IMG/VR virus record: IMGVR_UViG_3300032236_001180
Span: 60,556 to 124,555 of that record
Reading direction: 5' to 3' (one strand)
Length of the DNA: 64,000 nucleotides
Source of the DNA: a virus
The notes beneath the pieces were generated by a model that saw only the letters and a program-made list of their open reading frames with translations, ran no database searches and was not told the DNA's origin. Below are positions 42,379-51,893 of this stretch, one piece after another. The position numbers and the translations under genes are program-made. How positions within the stretch are numbered: the first letter of the stretch is position 1; each line of letters begins with the position of its first letter.

Positions 42379-43068
42379 ATGAAAGAAAAATTTAGTATTT
42401 TTCAAGATTTAGATGGATTGCAAAATTCATATATCTACAAAATTAATTTTGTAGATGGTTATTATTATATCGGTAAAAGATTGTTGAAAGGTGATGATCC
42501 ATTAACGGATGGATATTATGGAACTCCAATTACTCATAAAGAGAAATGGAGTACCACTATGTTCTGGAAAGAAATAATTGAGGAATATGACGATTGGATT
42601 GAATGCTCTAAAAAAGAAATTGAATTAATCCGTCCAGTTTTAAATGATCCAATGTGTCTTAATGAGAACTGTGGTGGATACAGTTCTCTTGAAGTTTTGA
42701 AAAGAAATGGAAAAAGATCTGGAACTATTCAAAAATTAGAAGTTAAAAGGGCAAATGGATGTAAAGCAAGAGACCAAAAACTTGGTATGTTTTCTATGTC
42801 TCCGGAAAAAAGAGCGGATGTTTCTAGATTATCAGGATTAGACCAATTAGAAAGAGGTGTAGGAATTCATACGCAGTCTATTGAAGATAGGAAAAGAATG
42901 GGTGAGTATTGTAGAGATAATAAGATTGGATTTCATTCTTTAAGCAAAGAAGAAAGATTTGCAAAATGGAAATGTACTATTACTGGTTTTGTGAGTACCA
43001 AACAAGGTTTAACAAAATATCAAAAAAATAGAAATATTGATAAAATAAATCGCATTAAAATTAGTTAA
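42379..43068 (+). CDS. Putative GIY-YIG (Seg-like) homing endonuclease
   Basis: YIYKINF..YYYIGKR..YYGT..KEIELI..CLNENCGG. Basic repeated C-terminus. Confidence 0.65.
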   Translation: MKEKFSIFQDLDGLQNSYIYKINFVDGYYYIGKRLLKGDDPLTDGYYGTPITHKEKWSTTMFWKEIIEEYDDWIECSKKEIELIRPVLNDPMCLNENCGGYSSLEVLKRNGKRSGTIQKLEVKRANGCKARDQKLGMFSMSPEKRADVSRLSGLDQLERGVGIHTQSIEDRKRMGEYCRDNKIGFHSLSKEERFAKWKCTITGFVSTKQGLTKYQKNRNIDKINRIKIS

Positions 43069-43076
43069 GAATTATT

Positions 43077-43982
43077 ATGGCAAAAGAAAAATATAGTATT
43101 TTCCACATCCAGGGCGGATTAGGAAAAATAATTGCATCTACCGCAGTAGCAAAATGTATCAAAAATAATCATCCACATAGGAAATTGATTATTGTATGTC
43201 CATATCCAGATGCATATTTAAATCTTCCCTTTGTGGATAGAGTGTATCAATTAAATAACACAAATTATTTCTATCAAAATTATATTGAAAATCAAGACTC
43301 ATTGATTTTTCATAATGAACCTTATTTTACAACGGATCATATTCACAAAAAACTTCCATTAATTCAAACTTGGTGTAAGATGTATGGATTGAATTATAAT
43401 GGCGAAACTCCCGAATTAATTTTTAATCCATTACAGAAAAAACTTTCAAAGGAAGTTTGGGTCAAGGATAAAAAACCAACAATGGTGATTCATACGAATG
43501 GTGGATTGATTACTCTCGATTCAAAACCTTATATGTGGGCACGGGATATGCCTTTTGATATTGCTCAACAAATTGTAGATAAGTATCATAAGAAATATAC
43601 AATTTATCAGGCAACAAAGATGAATTCTCCGAAACTGATAAATGCAACTCCAATTCAATATGATGAACAAACACAACTTTCTACATTGGAATTTTTAAGT
43701 TTGATTCTTCATAGCGATAAAAGAATTTTGATTGATAGTTGTTTGCAACACGCAGCAGCGGCACTTAAACTTCCTTCTGTTGTATTGTGGAACGGAACAA
43801 GTCCCAAAGTATTTGGATATGATATGCATACAAATATTGAAACAGTAAAACCACATAACTTTAAGTTGCCTGGTTCTTATTTGTTTGACTTTGATTTTAA
43901 TGGATCGGAGCACGAATATCCATTTAATGAGAACGAAGATTTATTCAATATTGATAAAATCTTTGAAGCAATTGAAAAGTGA
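43077..43982 (+). CDS. Glycosyltransferase family 9-like protein
   Basis: HIQGGLGKII.ST and IDSCLQHAAAALKLPSVVLW match GT9 (heptosyltransferase-like) motifs. Confidence 0.7.
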   Translation: MAKEKYSIFHIQGGLGKIIASTAVAKCIKNNHPHRKLIIVCPYPDAYLNLPFVDRVYQLNNTNYFYQNYIENQDSLIFHNEPYFTTDHIHKKLPLIQTWCKMYGLNYNGETPELIFNPLQKKLSKEVWVKDKKPTMVIHTNGGLITLDSKPYMWARDMPFDIAQQIVDKYHKKYTIYQATKMNSPKLINATPIQYDEQTQLSTLEFLSLILHSDKRILIDSCLQHAAAALKLPSVVLWNGTSPKVFGYDMHTNIETVKPHNFKLPGSYLFDFDFNGSEHEYPFNENEDLFNIDKIFEAIEK

Positions 43983-43989
43983 TAATGAT

Positions 43990-44019
43990 AAGTCCCGAAA
44001 GGGACTTTTTATATAAATA
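43990..44019 (+). terminator. Intrinsic terminator followed by T4-type late promoter
   Basis: AAGTCCC-GAAA-GGGACTT-TTT, then TATAAATA at 44012-44019. Confidence 0.75.
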
Positions 44020-44050
44020 CCTAAAATAAAACCAATGGGGATATTGAACC

Positions 44051-47000
44051 TTGGCAAACCAGAATTTTAGAGTAAAGAACGGATTAGAAGTAGGTATTGG
44101 TGGTACTATAATTACTGCTTCAAGTGGTGGTTTAGTTGGAATTGGAACCACTAATCCAGGAAATCTTATTGATGTTTTAAGTACAACATCAGGAGCAACT
44201 GTTAGAATAAAATCAACATCAAGTAGTGCTGGATTATCATTAGATGCTCCAACTTCTTTGTCGGCATCTCCGCAAATAGTTTATCTTGTAAATGGTGTTA
44301 ATAAATGGGCTTTGGGTGGAGCAAATATTGGTGCCGCTTCGTCAACTTCCTTTTCTCTTTATAATTATACAGCAGGAAATAATCCATTCACTATTGATTC
44401 TGATAGTAATTTTCTCATAGTAACTGCATCATCAACAGGAACCTCATCACAAGCACTTCAAGTTAATAGTGGTGCTTATGTTTCCGGTAAGTTGGGTGTT
44501 GGTGTCACAAATCCAGCAACAAATACTCAAATTTCAGTTGCTGGAACTTTTGGAATTAGTGAATCTGGGGGAACTGGAAATAGAACTTTCTTCTCAACAA
44601 GTGCTGCTGGATTTGTATTAAATCATAATGACAATTCACCAATTACATTCCAAGTTTTGGGATCTGAAAAATTTAGATGGGATTATACTGCGGCGGCATT
44701 GCTTATTGGAAACACAGCAGCATCAGGAACCGCATCACAACCACTTCAAGTTACTGGTGGTGCTTATGTAAGTGGAAATCTTGGAGTTGGTGTTGCTAAT
44801 CCATCTTATAATTTAGATATTAATGGTCCTATAAGATATACTAATGGTCAAATAAATTCAACTTTTACTTGTGAAAGAACATTTGACACTTCTTCAATAA
44901 GTGCATTTGCAAATGGTGTTGCAAATCAAGCATTTGATGTAAGAATTGGTAATATTTCGGTTTGGGGGTATATTGAAATTGAAATTACTGGAACTTTTGC
45001 ATATCAAAATACTGCTGGTATTTTAAGAAAAATATTTTCTGTTGGAACTAATCCAACAAATCTTATCTATCTAAATCAATCCCGAGTTTCGGAAGCAATG
45101 GGTGCGATTGTAGATAATATTTCAATTGGGGAGTTTCAATGGGATGCTACCAATTCTACCTATAAAATTCCAATTTCACATATTTTATCTAGTGGAAATA
45201 CTTATGTTGTTAAAGTAAAAGCATTTACTTATGGACAATCAAGAACTTTGTATGATAATCTTTCATTAGGTAGTGTTTATACTTTAACTGCTTTATCTCC
45301 AAATGATGTAACATATCCAACTAGAAATGTTCTGATCGGAACTCAAACTGCAACAGGAACCGCATCACAACCACTTCAAGTTACTGGTGGTGCCTATGTT
45401 TCTGGTCCTGTTGGTATTGGAAGTGCAGTGCCATCAGGTAAATTTGATATCGCATCTTCTGCACAAAATTATTCCACATCTCCTGCAATTACCTTTACTG
45501 ACACCTCAGGAAATGCCTCGGCAAATAGATGGATTATTGGTAATATTGCCACTCAATATGGATATTTTAATATTGCATCTGCTCCATCTCCTAGTTCCAC
45601 TACATATACTCCAAGACTTACGATTGATAATAATGGTAATGTTTTAATAAACAATTCATCATCACCAACAGGAACCTCATCACAACCACTACAAGTTACT
45701 GGTGGTGCCTCATTTGTAGGAACTGGTTCGAGTATTGGTATTGGAATCACTAATCCATCATCATCTTTACATATCGCCAAATCAACAGGAGCAGTACTAA
45801 GAGTTACTACTTTAACTGGCGGTGGTGGCGGAAATTCCAGTATTTTGATGGGAAATCAAGATTCTGCTGGAACAAATGCGCCTGCTGTTATTCGTTCTGC
45901 AAATACTGTTATTCAATTTGGTGTGGGTAATTCTTGGTCTGATGAATATGGCGGAACATTTACTGAAAGAATGAGAATTGATGGAAACGTTGGAATCAAT
46001 ACTACATCTACCAGACAACGTTTAACAATAGGTTCTTTAACTGCAACTTCAACTGCAACTCCGGAATCTATTGATTTAGGAGGAACTTATAGCAATAGTG
46101 CGGGAACAAACTTAAAATTAAAACTATACAATGATGGAACATTAGTACACGGTTTGGGTGTTTCTAATGCAAGTACTGATTATGTGACAGTTTCATCAGG
46201 CAGTCATACTTTTTATCGTGGAAGTACACAAGTAGTTCAAATTAATTCAAGTGGTAATCTTGGCATAAACACCACAACACCACTACAAAAACTACACGTT
46301 CTTGGAAATCTTTTAGTTGCTGCTGGTTCTTCCACTGGACAACATATTACACAAAAAGCATATGAACTGAATAGTGGAACTCTTTCTTGGGAAGGTAGTG
46401 CAGGTCAGTTATTCTCTATTACCAACAACTTAACTTCTGGTAGTATTTTTAGTGTTAATGATGTTTCTGGTATTCCAAGTATTGATGTGAATGCTAATGG
46501 CACTATAAGTATGGCACCTTATGGTGGTAATATTGGTTTTGGAATCACCAATCCAACTACAAGAATCGGCATTGGGGGAACCACAGGAATTAGTTTTTCT
46601 GATACTAATATTAGACTTGGTGATGCAACTACTGGTCGTTCTATTACTAGTGGAATTTATAATAACTTTATGGGTGTTGGTGCTGGCAAATCCACTACTA
46701 CCGGAAATGCTAATAACTTTTTTGGATATGGCGCGGGATGTTCTAATATAAGTGGAATTAGCAATAACTTCTTTGGTGCTTATGCGGGAAAATCCAACAC
46801 AATCGGAAATACCAATAACTTCTTTGGTCCTTATGCTGGGGCATTTAATACTACTGGATCTAATAATAATTTCTTTGGTTTTTATGCAGGAAAATGCAAC
46901 ACAACTGGATCTTATAATAATATATTTGGTTGTGGTGCAGGTGGATCTTTTGGTGCTAATATTACTGGATCTAATAATAACTTCTTCGGTGCTCTTACAG

Positions 47001-47917
47001 GATCTATAAATACTTCTGGATCTAGTAATAACTTCTTTGGATCACAAGCAGGAAAATGCAACACCACTGGAAGTTATAATAACTTTTTGGGTTCTTTTGC
47101 AGGATGTAGGAACAGCACTGGAAATAATAATAATTTCTTTGGTTATCAAGCAGGAATTTATAACGGCAGTGGAGGTTATAATAACTTCTTTGGTAGATAT
47201 GCAGGAGCATACAGCAACACTGCATGTTATAATAACTTCTTAGGCAGTAATGCAGGAAGAAATAACAACAGTGGAAGTTGTAATAACTTTTTAGGCCTTG
47301 GTGCAGGAAACAATAATAGTACAGGAAACAATAATAACTTCTTTGGTCTATTTGCAGGATATACAAACACAACTGGATCTGATAATATCGCAATTGGTAG
47401 GTCTGCATTATATCCAGCAACTGCTCCTGGAAGTAATAATATTGCAATTGGATCTTCTGCTGGTAGTAGTGCAACTCCTGGTCTTGTTTCTCTTGGATCT
47501 AGTAACAATACTATTGTTATGGGTAACTTTAACCATACAAATGCTTATATTAAAATTGCCTGGACTGTTACTTCTGATGAAAGAGATAAGGGTAATATCA
47601 CACCAGTTCCACTTGGTTTAAGTTTTGTTCAGAAATTAGTGCCAATTGAATATAATTGGATTGATAGAAATACAAAAGAAAATACAGATGGAACTCGTAG
47701 ATATGGATTTAGTGCTCAAAATATCTTAGAAAATGAAACAAATCCTTCAATTCTTGTTGATACTCGTGATCCCGATCATCTTAAACTTCGTGAATCAATG
47801 ATGATTCCAGTTCTTGTAAATGCAATTAAAGAACTCAGTGAAGAAAATCAATCACTAAAACAAGAAGTTATAATCATTAAAGATCTATTAACTCGTGCTG
47901 GAATTGGTAGTCTTTAA
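44051..47917 (+). CDS. Tail-fibre protein with NNFFG repeats and S74 chaperone
   Basis: TTG start MANQNFRVKNGLEVG. NNFFG array at about 46660-47350. WTVTSDERDK..YGFSAQ..IPVLVNAIKEL. Confidence 0.85.
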   Translation: MANQNFRVKNGLEVGIGGTIITASSGGLVGIGTTNPGNLIDVLSTTSGATVRIKSTSSSAGLSLDAPTSLSASPQIVYLVNGVNKWALGGANIGAASSTSFSLYNYTAGNNPFTIDSDSNFLIVTASSTGTSSQALQVNSGAYVSGKLGVGVTNPATNTQISVAGTFGISESGGTGNRTFFSTSAAGFVLNHNDNSPITFQVLGSEKFRWDYTAAALLIGNTAASGTASQPLQVTGGAYVSGNLGVGVANPSYNLDINGPIRYTNGQINSTFTCERTFDTSSISAFANGVANQAFDVRIGNISVWGYIEIEITGTFAYQNTAGILRKIFSVGTNPTNLIYLNQSRVSEAMGAIVDNISIGEFQWDATNSTYKIPISHILSSGNTYVVKVKAFTYGQSRTLYDNLSLGSVYTLTALSPNDVTYPTRNVLIGTQTATGTASQPLQVTGGAYVSGPVGIGSAVPSGKFDIASSAQNYSTSPAITFTDTSGNASANRWIIGNIATQYGYFNIASAPSPSSTTYTPRLTIDNNGNVLINNSSSPTGTSSQPLQVTGGASFVGTGSSIGIGITNPSSSLHIAKSTGAVLRVTTLTGGGGGNSSILMGNQDSAGTNAPAVIRSANTVIQFGVGNSWSDEYGGTFTERMRIDGNVGINTTSTRQRLTIGSLTATSTATPESIDLGGTYSNSAGTNLKLKLYNDGTLVHGLGVSNASTDYVTVSSGSHTFYRGSTQVVQINSSGNLGINTTTPLQKLHVLGNLLVAAGSSTGQHITQKAYELNSGTLSWEGSAGQLFSITNNLTSGSIFSVNDVSGIPSIDVNANGTISMAPYGGNIGFGITNPTTRIGIGGTTGISFSDTNIRLGDATTGRSITSGIYNNFMGVGAGKSTTTGNANNFFGYGAGCSNISGISNNFFGAYAGKSNTIGNTNNFFGPYAGAFNTTGSNNNFFGFYAGKCNTTGSYNNIFGCGAGGSFGANITGSNNNFFGALTGSINTSGSSNNFFGSQAGKCNTTGSYNNFLGSFAGCRNSTGNNNNFFGYQAGIYNGSGGYNNFFGRYAGAYSNTACYNNFLGSNAGRNNNSGSCNNFLGLGAGNNNSTGNNNNFFGLFAGYTNTTGSDNIAIGRSALYPATAPGSNNIAIGSSAGSSATPGLVSLGSSNNTIVMGNFNHTNAYIKIAWTVTSDERDKGNITPVPLGLSFVQKLVPIEYNWIDRNTKENTDGTRRYGFSAQNILENETNPSILVDTRDPDHLKLRESMMIPVLVNAIKELSEENQSLKQEVIIIKDLLTRAGIGSL

Positions 47918-47956
47918 AAATAATCTCACAGAACAATAAATAACTAAAAAACTATT

Positions 47957-48325
47957 ATGACTGTTACTTTTACTTGGACTATTTCACAATTGGAATGTGC
48001 TCCAACAGAAAATGAATTAATTAATGTAATCAAAACGATTCATTGGAGATATAGAGCACAAGATGCAGAAGGACTCACAGCAGAATCTTATGGTTCAATT
48101 GGACTAGGAGAACCAGATCCAATCACCTTCACAAAATATGAAGATATCACCAAAGAACTTGTAATTTCTTGGTTAGAAAGTAATTTAAATGTTATAGAAG
48201 ATGGTGAAGAACTTTCAACTTTACAGAAATCTCTTATACAAAATATTGAATTACAACGTAATCCTCCTATTGTGAATCTTGGTCTTCCTTGGGAGAATGT
48301 TTCATCCGATTTTGTTTCTGTTTAA
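47957..48325 (+). CDS. Small acidic fibre-associated protein
   Basis: TFTWTISQLE..FTKYEDITKELVISWL..LPW. Paralog of 42042-42362. Confidence 0.7.
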   Translation: MTVTFTWTISQLECAPTENELINVIKTIHWRYRAQDAEGLTAESYGSIGLGEPDPITFTKYEDITKELVISWLESNLNVIEDGEELSTLQKSLIQNIELQRNPPIVNLGLPWENVSSDFVSV

Positions 48326-48372
48326 TCTTTAATAATTATTAGATACAACTTATCTTCAACCCTAACAGAGTG

Positions 48373-48433
48373 ATTTTAGGAAGATTTGAGCACTTTGTCA
48401 AGTCTTGACATCTTATTGTAGATGCCTTATAAT
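48373..48433. promoter_or_regulatory. Back-to-back sigma70-like promoters
   Basis: Plus strand: TTGACA(48405)-17-TATAAT(48428). Minus strand: TTGACA(48401-48396)-17-TAAAAT(48378-48373). Confidence 0.75.
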
Positions 48434-48437
48434 ATAA

Positions 48438-48535
48438 AGGTCTTCACAACTTTGTATCTTTGAGTTGTAAGACCTGTCTGTGGTGGTGGACAGTTCGTAA
48501 ACTGGATGAAGGGGAGGTGGTGCTCCCCTTTTTTT
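48438..48535 (+). ncRNA. Candidate structured small RNA
   Basis: Consensus promoter upstream, stems AGGTCTT-c-ACAACT..AGTTGT-AAGACCT and CTGTC..GACAG, terminator AAGGGGAG-GTGGTG-CTCCCCTT-T5. No convincing ORF. Confidence 0.55.
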
Positions 48536-48539
48536 CTGG

Positions 48540-48636
48540 TATAAATACTTGTACCTGTGGTCTGCAAACTTACAGGAGGAGGGTGAAAGTCCCTCCTTTA
48601 TCTTATAAATAGATATGCAGACCACAGAGTATAATT
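48540..48636 (+). promoter_or_regulatory. Endonuclease leader: nested hairpin with late promoters
   Basis: TATAAATA at 48540 and 48604. 12-bp inverted repeat 48555-48566/48616-48627 with inner hairpin AGGAGGG/CCCTCCT. Confidence 0.7.
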
Positions 48637-49503
48637 ATGAATTATTTAAAGACTTATTGTAATCTTATTAGGAAAGCAGAGAATAGAACTCCTCCTAAAA
48701 GTTATACAGAAAAGCATCATATATTTCCTAAAAGCATTTATGGAAATAATAATAAAATTGTAGTGCTTACTGCAAGAGAACATTATATTGCTCACGCATT
48801 ATTAGAAAAAGCACTAATAAAAAGATATGGAATAAATGATGACAGAACCAAAAAAATGATTATTGCTTTTTGGTGTATGAATAATCAAAAAACTAAAAAT
48901 GAATATTCAAATTCTCATCTTTATGAAGCATCAAGGATAAGATTTGTTAATACAATAAAAGGAAAACCATTAACTAAAAGCCATCGGCAAAGAATGAGTG
49001 AAACTAATAAAGGTAAAATATGGTGGACCGATGGAGTAAACACAAAACATTCAAAATATTGTCCTGGTGATGAATGGTATAGAGGCAGACCCAATATCAA
49101 TATTGGACGAGTATTAAGTAAAGAAACAAAACAAAAAATAGCAGAAAAAAATAGTGGCAGAAAATTGACAAAAGAACATAAAGAAATAATTTCTAAACAA
49201 GTATCACAAAGAAGATGGTGGAATGATGGTATTCAGGACAAACATTGTATTGAGTGCCCTGGTGATGGATGGGTTCTTGGTAGATTATTTACTGCTAAAA
49301 GTGAAAAATATAAAACCGAAAGTTATAGAAGAAAAATAAGTGAAAAAAATTTAGGTAAAATTGTTAGTGATAAAACTAGAAAAAAACAAAGTGAGATGAG
49401 AAAAGGAAAACGATGGTGGACTGATGGGAAAAATAATATAATGAGTTTTGATTGCCCTGGTGGTGAGTGGAATATTGGGAGGACACTTAAAAAAGTGTCC
49501 TAG
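48637..49503 (+). CDS. HNH (Mob-like) homing endonuclease
   Basis: EKHHIFPKS..VLTAREHYIAHALL. NUMOD3-like basic segments and three WW(T/N)DG repeats. Confidence 0.85.
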   Translation: MNYLKTYCNLIRKAENRTPPKSYTEKHHIFPKSIYGNNNKIVVLTAREHYIAHALLEKALIKRYGINDDRTKKMIIAFWCMNNQKTKNEYSNSHLYEASRIRFVNTIKGKPLTKSHRQRMSETNKGKIWWTDGVNTKHSKYCPGDEWYRGRPNINIGRVLSKETKQKIAEKNSGRKLTKEHKEIISKQVSQRRWWNDGIQDKHCIECPGDGWVLGRLFTAKSEKYKTESYRRKISEKNLGKIVSDKTRKKQSEMRKGKRWWTDGKNNIMSFDCPGGEWNIGRTLKKVS

Positions 49504-49561
49504 AATCCTTTTAAGAGTACCTGATGCGTGTTATGATACTGAAAGTTCAAAAGCAAACCAA

Positions 49562-51814
49562 ATGCCTGTAAATCGTGAAGTCAAAGGGATGCTGGCTAGA
49601 TGCCTCTCCCAAGAAAATTTGATTGTGGAATATAGGAATGTTCCTACTGCTTCTTTTGATGTAGAACGTAGATTACTTGTTTTGCCGAATTGGGAAAAGG
49701 CAAGTGATACGGTATTTACTATGTTAACACAGCATGAGTCATCCCATGCGATTTTTTCTCCGTCAGGAGAAGATTTTGATTATCACAAAAAATACCCAGA
49801 AGTTCCTCATGATATAGTAAATGTACTAGAAGATGTGCGTGTAGAAAAACTCTGCAAAAAGAAATATCCAGGAAGCGCAAGGCACTTCTTCAATGGTTAT
49901 CAAGAACTTCACAATGAAGATTTCTTCTGTACCAAAGATGAAGATTTGAATAAACTTTCATTCATTGACCGTATGAATCTTTATTTTAAAGTCGGTGCTT
50001 TTCTTTGTATTGATTTCACAGATGAAGAAAATGAGTATCTAACTCGTGCTTCACTCACAGAAACTTTTGATGATGTGTTGAAACTTGCTCGTGATATTGT
50101 AGAGTTTGTTCAATACAAACGAAAGAAAGTAGCAGAAATGCCTTCACAAGGAAATTCTGATGAAGATATGTCTGGTTCTGGTGAAGAAGTAGAAACACCG
50201 AATAACTCACAAAATCAAGAAGGTGAAGGTGAAAATAAGGATGGAGAAGGTCAAGAAGGTCAAGGTGACAATCAACTTGATCAACAATCACAAAGTCAAT
50301 CTTCTTCAAACGAAGAATCTTTCGGTGATGAAGTTTCTAAATCCCTAGAAGCACCAAAAGGTAGTGGTTCAAATGGAAAACCAAGTGATAAGCACGGTGA
50401 TTCTGATGTAGATGAGTTGAAATCCAAAACTTCCAAGTCTTTTGAAGAAAAAACAAAAAATCTTGTGGATAAGTTTGCGAAAGAGACTACTTATGTTGAA
50501 CTTCCAGAGTTCAATCTTGAAAATCTCATTATTCCAAATGAGTATATTCACAAAAAAGCAAAAGAATACATCAATGTAACTGATTATAACCGTAATCTTT
50601 TTAATGATTCTGTTATTCGTTATAAACAATACAAGAAATCTGCTGAAAAAGAAGTTTCTTATCTGGTAAAAGAGTTTGAATGTAAGAAATCGGCAGATCA
50701 ATATGCTCGTTCTTCTACTGCCCGCACAGGGATTCTAGACACTGCTAAACTTCATACCTATAAGTTCAACGAGGACTTGTTTAAGAAGGTCTCTGTGGTC
50801 CCTGACGGCAAGAATCACGGTCTTATCTTTGTTTTTGACTGGTCTGGTTCAATGGCAAATTTCATTCTGGATGCTTATAAGCAACTTCTCAATCTGGTTT
50901 GGTTCTGCCGTAAGGTAAATATTCCATTTGAAGTGTATGCTTTCACGTTGGATTGTAATTCTTATATTGACATTCAACCAAATCATCCTTCTACTTATAA
51001 GAAAGTTTCTGGTGTGATTGCTCCCGAACACGGATTTAGAATGTTGAATCTTCTTACCAGCAAAGTGAATAATAATGTTCTGGAAGAACAACTCAAACAC
51101 ATTTGGACTGTGTGTTCTGCGAATCAAGGTCAAGGTGGTGTTTATCTTCGTCACTTGGATCTTTCTGGTTCTCCAATTGGTGAATCTATTTTAAGTCTTC
51201 ACGCAATCATTCCACAGTTTCAGCAAAAGAATAAACTTCAAAAAGTCAATGTAATCTTTTTGACTGATGGTGAAGGGTATGTGAATGCTGTAACGACAGA
51301 AAAACAAGGTAATGGTTCAAATACCTATATGGGAACTAAAAAGAATTACAGTACTTCTATTCGTGATCGCAAAAGTGGTAGAGTTTATCGTTCCTTTGGG
51401 TATGATAATTTTGCTGAGTATGCTAAAATTCTTTTAGAAACTGTAAAAGACAAATACCCTTGGGTAAATCTAATCAACTTCCGTATTACTCCTGCTCGTG
51501 ATTTTTGGACTTGTTATAATTGGTATGGAAAGAAAAAAGGAGAAACTGGATTGCGATATTATGAACCATTGGTTGAGTCTGAAAACTACAAAAAAGTAAA
51601 GTCTTTGTTTAATAAAAACAACTTCGTTACTTTTGAAGGAACAGGATTTGACCAATTTAATGTGATTGGTTCCAGTTCTCTTTCCGTGAGTGCTGATTTT
51701 AATGTTCCTGATGATGCGACTACAACACAAATCAAAACAGCATTTTCAAAACTCTTGAACAAAAAGAAGACCAACAGGAAACTTCTTTCTAACTTTGTGA
51801 CTCTTATCTCCTGA
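49562..51814 (+). CDS. Metallopeptidase-motif/VWA protein (CobT-like partner of the AAA+ ATPase)
   Basis: ATG 49562 after promoter. HESSH (HExxH), NVLEDVRVE, acidic linker, MIDAS DWSGS and FLTDG. Confidence 0.85.
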   Translation: MPVNREVKGMLARCLSQENLIVEYRNVPTASFDVERRLLVLPNWEKASDTVFTMLTQHESSHAIFSPSGEDFDYHKKYPEVPHDIVNVLEDVRVEKLCKKKYPGSARHFFNGYQELHNEDFFCTKDEDLNKLSFIDRMNLYFKVGAFLCIDFTDEENEYLTRASLTETFDDVLKLARDIVEFVQYKRKKVAEMPSQGNSDEDMSGSGEEVETPNNSQNQEGEGENKDGEGQEGQGDNQLDQQSQSQSSSNEESFGDEVSKSLEAPKGSGSNGKPSDKHGDSDVDELKSKTSKSFEEKTKNLVDKFAKETTYVELPEFNLENLIIPNEYIHKKAKEYINVTDYNRNLFNDSVIRYKQYKKSAEKEVSYLVKEFECKKSADQYARSSTARTGILDTAKLHTYKFNEDLFKKVSVVPDGKNHGLIFVFDWSGSMANFILDAYKQLLNLVWFCRKVNIPFEVYAFTLDCNSYIDIQPNHPSTYKKVSGVIAPEHGFRMLNLLTSKVNNNVLEEQLKHIWTVCSANQGQGGVYLRHLDLSGSPIGESILSLHAIIPQFQQKNKLQKVNVIFLTDGEGYVNAVTTEKQGNGSNTYMGTKKNYSTSIRDRKSGRVYRSFGYDNFAEYAKILLETVKDKYPWVNLINFRITPARDFWTCYNWYGKKKGETGLRYYEPLVESENYKKVKSLFNKNNFVTFEGTGFDQFNVIGSSSLSVSADFNVPDDATTTQIKTAFSKLLNKKKTNRKLLSNFVTLIS

Positions 51815-51893
51815 ACCACTTTCGGAAGTGTCCCAAGGGCACTTCCGACCCTCCCCATCTCTGCTATAATTACAGAGTAATCAACCAAACCCG

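Noticed and set aside
279-47621. Many 60-150 aa antisense or alternative-frame ORFs within fibre genes
   Set aside because: Fully nested in long ORFs and explained by biased codon usage and repeats. No independent signals.
30902-47917. Diversity-generating retroelement acting on Asn-rich (AAT/AAC) fibre repeats
   Set aside because: No reverse transcriptase and no non-coding template repeat with adenine-specific mismatches in the window.
49448-49561. N-terminal extension of the VWA protein given in the ORF track
   Set aside because: It overlaps the HNH gene end and the dyad promoter. ATG 49562 fits better.
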